Assembly: GCA_963704935.1 (NCBI GenBank)
Contig: CAVPIF010000003.1
Span: 154,888 to 218,887, forward strand
Direction of reading: 5' to 3'
Origin: an uncultured Chloroflexia bacterium
GTDB lineage: Bacteria; Chloroflexota; Limnocylindria; Limnocylindrales; CSP1-4
Length of the DNA stretch: 64,000 nt
Shown: in pieces, positions 26,104 to 34,608 of the stretch
How positions within the stretch are numbered: the stretch's first letter is position 1
Layout of the letters: each line of letters begins with the position of its first letter
The notes under the pieces: generated by a model
Databases searched by the model: none
What the model was told of the DNA's origin: nothing
The model's input: the letters and a program-made list of their open reading frames with translations, nothing else
Program-made: the position numbers and the translations under genes

Positions 26104-27663
26104 CTACCGACGGACCGACGCAGGAACGCCGCCATCTGTTCGCGGGTCACGCTCGCGGTCGGGCAGTACAGGGTCGGCGCGCAGCCGTTCGTGATGCCGG
26201 CGACCCGCAGGGCGTTGATCTCGGCCTCGAAGCTGGACGTCTCGTCGTCGGTGAAGACGTCCGTGGCGCTCGACGGCAGGGTCAGGCCACGCACGAGGAA
26301 CGCCGCCATCTGTTCGCGGGTGACGGCTCGCCGTCGGGCAGTACAGGGTCGGCGCGCAGCCGTTCGTGATGCCGGCGGCCCGCAGGGCGTTGATCTCGGC
26401 CTCGAAGGTGGACGTCTCGTCGTCGGTGAAGACGTCCGTGGCGCTCGACGGCAGGGTCAGGGCGCGGACGAGGAAGGCCGCCATCTGCTCGCGGGTGACG
26501 GCCGCCTTCGGGCAGTACAGGGTCGGCGCGCAGCCGTTCGTGATGCCGGCCAGATACAGCCACTCGATATCTGCCTGGAACGTGGAACTGGCGATGTCCG
26601 TGAACGGCGTGGTCGGGCTGGCGGTCCCCGTGGCGATGATGCCCGGGCTCCCGACGCTCGGGGTCGCGGCCTTGGCCACCTCATAGACCTTGCGGGTGGC
26701 GCCATCGAGCACAGGGCCGTAGAGGTTCGGGTCGTTCAGGATCCGGTAGGAGCTGACCGACGCGACCTCGCCGGCGGTACTCGCTGGATCGCTCGCACCA
26801 TACAGCCATGGACCGCCGGAGGCCCCCGAAGTCATGTCACATGCGAGACCCCAGCTCCCAGCCACCGGCTGAACGCCGATCGATGCGAGGCAGTGGATGA
26901 GATCGTCGCCCTGGTAGGGTGAGGCGGCCGGGTAGCCGAACGCGTGGAGGCGGTGGCCTTCGGACACGCCATCGATCCGCAGTGGATAGGCACCCAGCGC
27001 GTCCAGCTGCGCGGCGCTGTCGAGCTCCGGCCCGACGACCGCGATGGCGTAGTCGTGCTGGACGGCGGCCACCGTGAGACCTTCCTCATCGGCCCAGCCG
27101 GCATGGACGACGAGCGTGAGGGCCTCCCAGCACCCGTACGTCGTCTGACTGCAGCCACTGGCGTCCGGGGTCAGGTCCCACGCCGGGATGAACGTCCAGG
27201 CCGACGCGAATTCGTCCGTCGTCTCGTCGTAGGCGCAGTGCGCGGCAGTCATGACGAGCGAGTAGTCCGGGTCCCCGGCGTCGGAGACGATGGAGCCGCT
27301 GCACGAGTAGTCGGTTCCGTTGAGGGTGAAGAGGATCAGCCCGGAGCGCTGCAGGATGGCGCCGCCCCCGGTCCACGGCGCACCTCCGACATCCCCGGGT
27401 GCCGCCTCGGGAACCGGATCGGGCCCGCGCCCGCCGGGCGAGCGGGTGCCCAAGGGTTCCTCCAGGACGATCTCCCGCGGGGTCGCCGCCCGGATCCGAT
27501 CGCCGGTCCAGTACCCGGTGGGTCGCGCGACCTCCGCAGCGACCACCGGGACGACCCCGACGGGCGATTCTGGCGTCAGGGCGAGACCGGCCACGGCCAT
27601 CCAGATCGCCGCGGCGAACGTGAGGAGCCGACGTGCGTCGAACGCGCGCCGGCGGCCGGTCAA
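26104..27663 (-). CDS. secreted trypsin-like (S1) serine protease with C-terminal SLH-like repeats; last repeats out of frame
   Basis: TTG start and signal peptide (RRLLTFAAAIWMAVAGLAL). His block TAAHC and Ser block SGASGGPW. Three repeats follow of the type F.D...S.F..(E/D)I..L..AGITNGCAPTLYCP...VTREQMAAFL.R. After CPTAS in repeat 2 the frame is lost. The correct continuation is ORF 26100..26309. Confidence 0.8.
   Translation of the reverse strand: MTGRRRAFDARRLLTFAAAIWMAVAGLALTPESPVGVVPVVAAEVARPTGYWTGDRIRAATPREIVLEEPLGTRSPGGRGPDPVPEAAPGDVGGAPWTGGGAILQRSGLILFTLNGTDYSCSGSIVSDAGDPDYSLVMTAAHCAYDETTDEFASAWTFIPAWDLTPDASGCSQTTYGCWEALTLVVHAGWADEEGLTVAAVQHDYAIAVVGPELDSAAQLDALGAYPLRIDGVSEGHRLHAFGYPAASPYQGDDLIHCLASIGVQPVAGSWGLACDMTSGASGGPWLYGASDPASTAGEVASVSSYRILNDPNLYGPVLDGATRKVYEVAKAATPSVGSPGIIATGTASPTTPFTDIASSTFQADIEWLYLAGITNGCAPTLYCPKAAVTREQMAAFLVRALTLPSSATDVFTDDETSTFEAEINALRAAGITNGCAPTLYCPTASRHPRTDGGVPRAWPDPAVERHGRLHRRRDVQLRGRDQRPAGRRHHERLRADPVLPDRERDPRTDGGVPASVRR
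26121..26640 (-). repeat. three tandem DNA repeats of 174/175 nt encoding the SLH-like modules
   Basis: The marker GCCGCCATCTG recurs at 26128, 26302 and 26477. That gives periods of 174 nt (in frame) and 175 nt (one extra base near 26321-26336). Confidence 0.85.
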
Positions 27664-27905
27664 GCGCCCGCTCGACGACGATCGACGCGTCGCTCCGCGG
27701 ACCGTCGTTCCTCCTCGTCGGCGGGCGGCCCCGGGTCGGACGGCGGGTTCTGTCGCCGCATGACCGAGCGACGCTCCAGCTCACGCCGTTCGGCGTCGAG
27801 GAAGGCGCCGCAGCGCGGACACCGGCGTTCCTCGGCGAACAGCGAGTCGATCGGCGATACGGTATAGATCTGGCGCCCGCAGGACCAGCAGGCCAATCGC
27901 GGCAT
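27660..27905 (-). CDS. small zinc-ribbon protein (hypothetical)
   Basis: 81 aa with CWSCG...CPRCG (a 4-Cys ribbon) and a charged Arg/Glu tail. AAGGA lies 8 nt upstream of the ATG. Its stop overlaps the protease TTG start (TTGA). Confidence 0.55.
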   Translation of the reverse strand: MPRLACWSCGRQIYTVSPIDSLFAEERRCPRCGAFLDAERRELERRSVMRRQNPPSDPGPPADEEERRSAERRVDRRRAGA

Positions 27906-27940
27906 TTCCCCCGTCCTTCGTCGCTACAGGTGTCTTGCCG

Positions 27941-29311
27941 TCACACGGCCGGCAGGTGCGCCAGGGCAGCTTCCACCATCTCCGCAGGGTACTCGTAATC
28001 CTCGAGTGAGCCGTCGAGGTATCGCTCGTACGAGGACAGGTCGAAGTGCCCGTGCCCACAGAGGTTGAAAAGGATGACTCTGGACTCGCCAGCTTCGCGA
28101 GCCGCGAGCGCCTCATCGATCGCGACCTTGATGGCGTGGGTCGGCTCTGGGGCTGGAAGGATCCCCTCGGCGCGGGCGAATCGAACGCCCGCCTCGAAAC
28201 TGGCCACCTGGTGGACGCTCCGCGCCTCGATGAAGCCATGCTCCTTGAGGAGGCTCACGAGCGGTGCCATCCCGTGGTAGCGCAGCCCGCCGGCGTGGAT
28301 CGGCTCCGGGATGAAGTCGGCGCCGAGGGTGTGCATCTTGACGATCGGCGCCATCTTGCCCGTGTCGCCGAAATCGTAGGCGTAGACCCCGCGGGTCAGG
28401 CTGGGTGCCGCCTCCGGCTCGACCGCGATGATCCGGTGTTTCGCGCCATCCCGGAAGTTCCGGCCGAGGAAGGGGAATGTGAGCCCGGCGAAGTTCGAGC
28501 CGCCGCCGGTGCAACCGATGACGATGTCCGGGGACTCGCCGGCCATCCCCATCTGCTCGATGGCCTCCTGGCCGATCACCGTCTGATGGAGGAGCACATG
28601 GTTGAGGACGGACCCGAGCGAGTACTTCGTGTCGTCCCGGGTGGCGGCGTCCTCGACGGCTTCGCTGATCGCCATCCCCAGTGACCCCGGGCTATCCGGC
28701 GTCTCGGCGAGGACGGACCGCCCGTAGTTCGTCGTCGATGACGGGCTGGCGACCACCTCCGCGCCGTAGGTCTCCATGAGGATCCGGCGGTACGGCTTCT
28801 GGTCGTAACTGGCGCGCACCATGTAGACCTTGACCTCCAGGCCGAACAGGGCGCCGGCGAAGGCCAGGGCACTCCCCCACTGGCCGGCGCCCGTCTCCGT
28901 GGCCAGGCGCGTCACGCCGGCCTCCTTGTTGTAGAACGCCTGGGGGATCGCCGTGTTCGGCTTGTGGCTGCCGGCCGGGCTGACGCCCTCGTACTTGTAA
29001 TAGATGTGGGCCGGCGTATCCAGGGCACGCTCCAGGCGGTGGGCCCGGTAGAGCGGACTCGGGCGATATAGCCGGTAGGCGTCGCGCACCGGCTCCGGGA
29101 TCTCCACGTTTCGGTCGCCGGACACTTCCTGCCCGATCAGGGCCATCGGGAAGAGCGGCGCCAGGTCGTCTGGACCGATCGGCTGCCGAGTCGCCGGATG
29201 GAGCGGCGGTGACTGGGGCACGGGCAGGTCGGCGGCGATGTTGTACCAGGCGCGCGGGATCCTCGACTCGTCAAGCACGAACTTCGTCTGGCGGGGATCC
29301 GTGGGCGCCAT
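27941..29311 (-). CDS. trpB2: TrpB2-type tryptophan synthase beta-like PLP enzyme
   Basis: 456 aa with the TrpB2-specific N-terminus ([13 protein letters not shown]), a PLP lysine region (GSHKPNTA) and GGGSNFAG. No trpA is adjacent. Confidence 0.9.
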   Translation of the reverse strand: MAPTDPRQTKFVLDESRIPRAWYNIAADLPVPQSPPLHPATRQPIGPDDLAPLFPMALIGQEVSGDRNVEIPEPVRDAYRLYRPSPLYRAHRLERALDTPAHIYYKYEGVSPAGSHKPNTAIPQAFYNKEAGVTRLATETGAGQWGSALAFAGALFGLEVKVYMVRASYDQKPYRRILMETYGAEVVASPSSTTNYGRSVLAETPDSPGSLGMAISEAVEDAATRDDTKYSLGSVLNHVLLHQTVIGQEAIEQMGMAGESPDIVIGCTGGGSNFAGLTFPFLGRNFRDGAKHRIIAVEPEAAPSLTRGVYAYDFGDTGKMAPIVKMHTLGADFIPEPIHAGGLRYHGMAPLVSLLKEHGFIEARSVHQVASFEAGVRFARAEGILPAPEPTHAIKVAIDEALAAREAGESRVILFNLCGHGHFDLSSYERYLDGSLEDYEYPAEMVEAALAHLPAV

Positions 29312-29364
29312 CTGGACCTCCGAGGTCGATTCGGCCGGTCGTCTGCCGGAACCGGGACGCGAGC

Positions 29365-30453
29365 CTAGCGCGCGCGGCCCGGGCCGCGCAACCGCCGGGG
29401 CCGCGTGGGTCGGATGGTCCAGGCGCCGGCGGCCGCGGCGAGGGGCAGGATCGCGAAGATGCCTCCGTCCGGCCCGTCATCCCGGTCGTCGTCGTCCCCG
29501 TGGCCGTTGTCGCCGTGGCAGGGCTTGTCCGTCCGATCGCCGCCCCTGTCGTGACCCGCAGGCAGAGCGTCGTCGGACGGGCAAGGCGGCTTCGGCTTGT
29601 GTGAATGGCTCGGCTTCGGCGTGTGGCTCGGCTTGTGTGAATGGCTCGGCTTCGGCGTGTGGCTCGGTTCAGCCGTCGGGGTCGCCGTCGGGGTTGCCGT
29701 CGCAGACGGCGTGGGCGTATGGCTGGGCCTGGGTGTCGGTGTGGTGGGTGGCGTTGGTGTCGCGGTGGCGGTCGGTGTCGGCTTGGCGGTCGATGTCGGC
29801 GAGGGTCGCACCGTCGCTGTGGCGATCGGCGTCGGCTTGGCGGTCGGTGTCGGCTTGGCGGTCGATGTCGGCGACGGTCGCACCGTCGCTGTGGCGATCG
29901 GCGTCGGCCTGGCGGTCGGTGTCGGCCTGGCGGTCGGCGTCGGCTTCGGGCTCGGCGTGGGCCTGGGGCTCGGCGTGGCGGTCGCGGTCGGCCTGGCGGT
30001 CGCGGTCGGCTTGGCGGTCGGTTTCGGGCTGGGCTTGGCGGTCGGCTTCGGGCTGGGGCTGGGGCTCAACCTGGGGCTCGGCGATGCCGGGAGGGACGGC
30101 GTGGGCACCGCGGTCGCCGTGGCCGTCGGGCCCGGCCCCACCGAACCGCTCGGGCGCCCGGATGGACTGGGCGATGGGGATGAGGAACCGGGGACCAGGG
30201 TCGGCGTCACGGGCGCCTGGGAAGCGGTCGCACTCGGATTCCGACTCGCGGACGAGGTGGCGGATGGGACGGCGGACGACGGGGTCTGCGTCCGCGTCGG
30301 CGTCGGGAGGACCGCCACGGGGCCGCTCGGCGACGGCGATACCTCGGCACGTTCCCGCATCTCGAGACCGCCCAATCCGATCGCGGCCGTCGCGAGGACG
30401 ACGTTCACGATGCCGAGCGCAAGAACGAGACGGGCGCGCTGGCTGGTCGACAC
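29365..30453 (-). CDS. Pro/Thr/Ser/Ala-rich repetitive envelope protein with N-terminal anchor and sorting-signal-like C-terminus
   Basis: 362 aa with an N-terminal TM ([21 protein letters not shown]) and about 270 aa of PT-rich repeats. The C-terminus reads [31 protein letters not shown]. The strand was chosen by operon context and because this is the only frame with membrane-protein features. Confidence 0.55.
   Translation of the reverse strand: MSTSQRARLVLALGIVNVVLATAAIGLGGLEMRERAEVSPSPSGPVAVLPTPTRTQTPSSAVPSATSSASRNPSATASQAPVTPTLVPGSSSPSPSPSGRPSGSVGPGPTATATAVPTPSLPASPSPRLSPSPSPKPTAKPSPKPTAKPTATARPTATATPSPRPTPSPKPTPTARPTPTARPTPIATATVRPSPTSTAKPTPTAKPTPIATATVRPSPTSTAKPTPTATATPTPPTTPTPRPSHTPTPSATATPTATPTAEPSHTPKPSHSHKPSHTPKPSHSHKPKPPCPSDDALPAGHDRGGDRTDKPCHGDNGHGDDDDRDDGPDGGIFAILPLAAAAGAWTIRPTRPRRLRGPGRAR
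29593..29664 (-). repeat. perfect 36-nt x2 tandem repeat (encodes [12 protein letters not shown] x2)
   Basis: CGGCTTGTGTGAATGGCTCGGCTTCGGCGTGTGGCT occurs at 29593 and again at 29629. Confidence 0.85.
29771..29950 (-). repeat. 72-nt tandem repeat, about 2.5 copies (encodes [24 protein letters not shown] units)
   Basis: Units start at 29771 and 29843 and differ at 2 positions (G/C, T/C). A third, diverged partial unit follows. Confidence 0.8.
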
Positions 30454-30490
30454 AGCGATACGGGCACTCCTGGGGTCCGCTCCGGGAGGG

Positions 30491-31153
30491 TCAGGGGATG
30501 TCCGGATGGTACACGGGAGCCGCGTTCGGCGACGCGCCGAGGGCAGCCTCGGTGATCGGCAGGTACCGCGCAGGACCCTCCCCGGTCACGCTCTCGAACA
30601 GCCCGATCCGATCGATCATCGCCGGGATCCGCAGTCCGGTCATCGCCTCGGCGAGCCGATCGGCGACCAGCCGCCCGGCCGGGATCCCGTCGGACCTGGC
30701 CAGGGTGAGGTGCGGCCGGAACGGGCGTTCATCCACCGGCCATCCCGCCGTGGCCAGCTGGCGTCCGAGCTCGCCCGCCAGGGTGGCGAGCGCATCGGCA
30801 CCGGCCGTCAGGCCGATCCAGATCGCGCGCGGCCGGCCTTCCGGCGGGAACGTGCCGGCGCCGCCCAGTTCGGCCTCGATCGGCGCGCTGGTCTGCGCCG
30901 CGCGAAGGACTGCGGCGCTCGTAGGGCCGAGTGACTTGTCGACCGTGGGGCCCAGGAAGCGCAGGGTCAGGTGCAGCCCGTCGAGGCGTACCCAGCGCAC
31001 GTCCCGGGAGCCGGCCGGGATCCCCATCGCGCGGACCGCCCCGACGACCTCGGCGACCGCGTCGACGGCGGCCTGCGGCAGGGTCACCGCCACGAAGGTC
31101 CGTCGGCCCGGCTGCCCGGCGAACGGGTCCACCCAGCGACCCGGTCTGCTCAC
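30491..31153 (-). CDS. thpR: RNA 2',3'-cyclic phosphodiesterase (2H family, ThpR/LigT)
   Basis: Two HxTx motifs (HLTLRF, HLTLAR). Start trimmed to GTG 31153, which overlaps the ppa stop (GTGA). Confidence 0.82.
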   Translation of the reverse strand: MSRPGRWVDPFAGQPGRRTFVAVTLPQAAVDAVAEVVGAVRAMGIPAGSRDVRWVRLDGLHLTLRFLGPTVDKSLGPTSAAVLRAAQTSAPIEAELGGAGTFPPEGRPRAIWIGLTAGADALATLAGELGRQLATAGWPVDERPFRPHLTLARSDGIPAGRLVADRLAEAMTGLRIPAMIDRIGLFESVTGEGPARYLPITEAALGASPNAAPVYHPDIP

Positions 31154-31677
31154 CGGCTGTGTGACTGCTCGTGGCCCTCCGCGAGCCAGATACCGCGATC
31201 GGTGCGCAGGACTTCGAGCGCGCGGTCCCGCTCGCGCCAGCCGACCATCTCGACCGTCTTGTCCTCCAGGGCCTTGTAGGTCTGGAAGAAGTGCTCGATC
31301 TCGACCAGGCGGTGTGGCCGAACCTGCTCGAGGCGCTCGATATGCTGCTGATGGGCATCGCTCAGTGCGACGCACAGGACCTTGAAGTCGAAACCCTTCT
31401 CGTCGCGCATCTCCAGGCCGCCGATCGGTCGCGCCCAGACGTGACAGCCGGTGAAGGTCGGCTCGTCGATCACCAGCAGGGCGTCGGTGTGGTCGCCGTC
31501 GCCGGCGCGGGTCCCCTCGATGAACCCGTAGTCGAAGTTGTAGTAGACGGCACTCGACAGCACCCGATCGAGGCGATAGACGCCGACTTCCTCGTCGTAC
31601 TCGTACTTGTTTCGCGACCCGCGGGGGATCTCGACGACGATCTCGACGACATCAGGGAAGGGACCCGGGCTCTGCAT
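31150..31677 (-). CDS. ppa: inorganic pyrophosphatase (family I)
   Basis: 175 aa: VEIPRGSRNKYEYD, YGFIEGT, DGDHTDALL. Confidence 0.96.
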   Translation of the reverse strand: MQSPGPFPDVVEIVVEIPRGSRNKYEYDEEVGVYRLDRVLSSAVYYNFDYGFIEGTRAGDGDHTDALLVIDEPTFTGCHVWARPIGGLEMRDEKGFDFKVLCVALSDAHQQHIERLEQVRPHRLVEIEHFFQTYKALEDKTVEMVGWRERDRALEVLRTDRGIWLAEGHEQSHSR

Positions 31678-31910
31678 CGGGCCAGTGTAGGCCCAGCGGC
31701 GGTCGACCGAGACGGAGGCGGCTTGGGGGCCCGGTCAGTCGGAGAGTCACGGGTGACGACCGATGCATCGAACGCACATCGTGCGCGGTCGTGTCAGCGC
31801 AACGACGACTGTCTGGACGATCAGGAGATCGACCACCAGTCAGCCGGTGGGCTGCTTCGAACATCGCGCCGAAGCGCGCCGGCGAGCTCCTCGTCGAGGC
31901 GGTCGAACGG

Positions 31911-32996
31911 TCAGTCGTTGTAGAGCCGCTCCTCGATGAGCTTCTCCTGGACCGTCCTGCCGCTGGGATCGAAGCACGAGAACTCGAAGTGCTTCTCGAA
32001 CTCGAGGTCCACGTTGTCCTGGCCGCCGCGGTTCTTCTCCACGGACAGGATGATCCAGTCGCGGAACCGCTGTGCCTGGTACGGGTTGAACTCGATGTTG
32101 ACCTTCGCGACGATGTGGTACTTCTCATTGAGGATCAGGATGATGTCGGCCTCGTAGTTGATCGCCGACGAGCCGCGCAGGTGGAAGTTGCGCAGGCGAC
32201 TGGCCTTGAGGCCTTCCTTGTCCGCTGCCACGATGGCCACCATCGGCACGTCCTCGGACAGCGCGATGTCCTTGAGTCCGTTGACGACGAAGGTCACCTT
32301 CTCCGACTCGTTCTCCGGCTCCGGGATCTGGGGCACCTTCTGCATGTAGTCGACGAACACCACGAGGCGTCGATCGCCGGACAGTTGGCGGTGCTGCTGG
32401 ACGAGCCGGCGGACATTGTCGACGGTGCTGGCCGTCTGGGACCCACGCAGCAGGAACAGGTTCTGCCCGTATCGGGCGATCCGGTCGAGTGACGGGCGCA
32501 GCCGCGGATTGTTCGCGAGCTGTGGCGCCGTGGCACCCTCCGCCATCCACGTGCCGAGGATCTCCTTGCGCACGTCCTGGATCTTGATGGCGCCCGTCTT
32601 GTGGGGCAGGTGGGCAAGCGCCGATTCCATGGCGATGAGGCGGTTCATCAGGTACGCCTCATCGTGCTCGAAGCACAGGTACAGCACGTTCGCCTGGCCG
32701 CCGGAGGCGATGTTCCGCGCCATCTGGAGGGCCATCGTGGTCTTGCCCGTCCCCTGGGCACCACCTATCAGCATCAGCTCGCCGGCGCGAAGGCCGGATC
32801 CGATCGTCTTGTCCAGCGGCGTGAAGCCGACCGGGACGGGCTGGTACTCGGCGAGTCGACCGGAGGTGACGCGCTCGTTGAGGTCCACGAGGACGTCGAG
32901 AGCGGACCGCGGGGCCATGCTGCCGTTGTCCGTGTCGAGACGCCAGGTGCGGCCTGCGGATTCGGCGGCGGCGGCGTCGGAGGTTTCGGTGCTCAC
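31911..32996 (-). CDS. DnaB-C-terminal-domain-like / RecA-superfamily ATPase (orphan, no helicase N-domain)
   Basis: GTG 32996 with GGAGGA 9 nt upstream. Walker A GGAQGTGKT, Walker B LVVFVDYMQ, DnaB-C-like blocks RGSSAINYEADIILIL and SVEKNRGG. G+C is clearly lower than in the flanks. Confidence 0.8.
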   Translation of the reverse strand: MSTETSDAAAAESAGRTWRLDTDNGSMAPRSALDVLVDLNERVTSGRLAEYQPVPVGFTPLDKTIGSGLRAGELMLIGGAQGTGKTTMALQMARNIASGGQANVLYLCFEHDEAYLMNRLIAMESALAHLPHKTGAIKIQDVRKEILGTWMAEGATAPQLANNPRLRPSLDRIARYGQNLFLLRGSQTASTVDNVRRLVQQHRQLSGDRRLVVFVDYMQKVPQIPEPENESEKVTFVVNGLKDIALSEDVPMVAIVAADKEGLKASRLRNFHLRGSSAINYEADIILILNEKYHIVAKVNIEFNPYQAQRFRDWIILSVEKNRGGQDNVDLEFEKHFEFSCFDPSGRTVQEKLIEERLYND

Positions 32997-33125
32997 GCGG
33001 TGGTTTCCTCCCCGGAGGGTGCGCGCGCCGCGGTGTGCGGCTGCCACAGCGTAGCACTCGCGACCGCACGATTCACCCACCTGCACCTTGCTGTTCCGCA
33101 CCAGCGGCGGCGAACGCGATCCACT

Positions 33126-34523
33126 TCAGCGAGGGATGTCGGCGATCTCCTGGAAGGTGCCGATGATCGTGCGGATGGCGCCCTCGTAGTTGGCCAGATC
33201 CATCCACTCGTTGGGCGCATGGGCATTCTCATATGGCTGACTGAACCCGAGGAGCACGACCGGGAGGCCCAGCACCGATTCGAACATGGCGGCAACGGGG
33301 ATCGACCCGCCTTCGCGGATGAACACGGGGGCGCGACCGAACTCGGCCTCCAGGGCTCGCGCCGCGGCCTGGGCGATCGGATGATCGATCGGGGTCCTGC
33401 TCGGTCGGCCGCCACCGAGCATGCGGATCGTGACCGTGACGCCTGGCGGTGAGATCCCCTCCACGAAGGCGCGCAGGGCCTCGAAGATCGCCGTCGGGTC
33501 CTGATCCGCGACGAGACGACAGCTGACCTTGGCGTGTGCGTGCGCGGGGATGATCGTCTTCGCGCCGTCCCCCTGGAAACCGCCCCACAGGCCGTTGACG
33601 TCCAGGGTCGGCCGAACGGAACGCCGCTCGAGCGTCGTGAAGCCGACCTCACCGACCAGCGCCGGCACGCCGATGGCCTCCCGGTAGGCCTCCTCGTCGA
33701 ACGGGAGGGCAGCCAGCGCGGCTCGTTCATCCTCCGTGAGGTCGACCACGTCGTCGTAGAAGCCGGGGACGCGGATCCGGCCGTCCGGGCCCTTCAGCGC
33801 GGCGAGGATCTGGGCGAGGGCCAGGGCCGGGTTCTGCACGGCCCCGCCGTAGCCACCCGAGTGGAGATCGACCGGCGGTCCGACGACGTCCAGCTGGGCG
33901 TACATCATCCCCCGCAGACTGACCGTGATCGCCGGGATGTTGCCCTCGAAGAACCCAGTGTCGCTGATGATCGCCACGTCCGCGGCCACTCGCTCCCGAT
34001 GGGCGGTGAGCCAAGCCTCGAGGTGGAGGGACGAGCTCTCCTCCTCGCCCTCGAAGACGTAGCGCACGTTGAGCGGGAATCCACCGCTCGTCGCCACCAT
34101 CGCGGCCGCGGCCATGACGTGAGCGTGGACCTGGCCCTTGTCGTCGGCGGCCCCGCGCCCGACCATCCGGTCGCCGTCGACGATCGGCTCGAACGGCGGG
34201 GTGGCCCACAGGTCCAGGGGGTCGACCGGCTGCACGTCGTAGTGGCCGTAGACCAGCACCGTCGGGGCCCCGTCGGCGTGGAGCCAGTCGCCGATGACGA
34301 CGGGGTGCCCGCCCGTATCCGATACCTCGACGTGTTCGATCCCCGCGACCGCCATGGCCTCGGCCAGCCACGCGGCGGCCCGGCGAACGTCCGGTGCGCT
34401 GTCCGTCAGGGTCGAGATGCTGGGGATGCGCAGGAAGGCGCGATAGCTTTCGAGGCGCGCCTCCCGCGTTGCGTCCAGGTACTCGTGAAGGGTCTGTGTC
34501 GCCCGCCTGATCGAGTCGGTCAT
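33126..34523 (-). CDS. M20-family dipeptidase (ArgE/DapE/ACY1/CPG2 group)
   Basis: Start trimmed to ATG 34523 (MTDSIRRATQTL). Blocks LVYGHYDVQP, GRGAADDKG and FEGEEE. Confidence 0.88.
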   Translation of the reverse strand: MTDSIRRATQTLHEYLDATREARLESYRAFLRIPSISTLTDSAPDVRRAAAWLAEAMAVAGIEHVEVSDTGGHPVVIGDWLHADGAPTVLVYGHYDVQPVDPLDLWATPPFEPIVDGDRMVGRGAADDKGQVHAHVMAAAAMVATSGGFPLNVRYVFEGEEESSSLHLEAWLTAHRERVAADVAIISDTGFFEGNIPAITVSLRGMMYAQLDVVGPPVDLHSGGYGGAVQNPALALAQILAALKGPDGRIRVPGFYDDVVDLTEDERAALAALPFDEEAYREAIGVPALVGEVGFTTLERRSVRPTLDVNGLWGGFQGDGAKTIIPAHAHAKVSCRLVADQDPTAIFEALRAFVEGISPPGVTVTIRMLGGGRPSRTPIDHPIAQAAARALEAEFGRAPVFIREGGSIPVAAMFESVLGLPVVLLGFSQPYENAHAPNEWMDLANYEGAIRTIIGTFQEIADIPR

Positions 34524-34608
34524 GGACACGAGTCTACGGTTCGAGGGGCGCGCAGCGAGCGTGCGGGGGAACCCGGCACGCTCGTCGGCTGGATCGCTCG
34601 AGCGGGGC

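Noticed and set aside
26282-26563. 93-aa ORF and other small ORFs (26366..26686, 26457..26705) in the protease repeat region, considered as separate genes.
   Set aside because: They are off-frame translations of the 174/175-nt repeats. Only the frames giving the SLH-like module are meaningful.
27941-29311. TrpB2 as evidence for a tryptophan operon.
   Set aside because: No trpA, C, D, E or F genes are adjacent. TrpB2-type genes are commonly stand-alone, so no operon-level claim is made.
29238-31385. 715-aa and 445-aa plus-strand ORFs across the PT-repeat gene and thpR.
   Set aside because: The translations are Arg-rich or (GVGLAV)n repeats without any domain. They mirror the minus-strand repeat protein and the 2H phosphodiesterase, whose HxTx motifs fix the coding strand.
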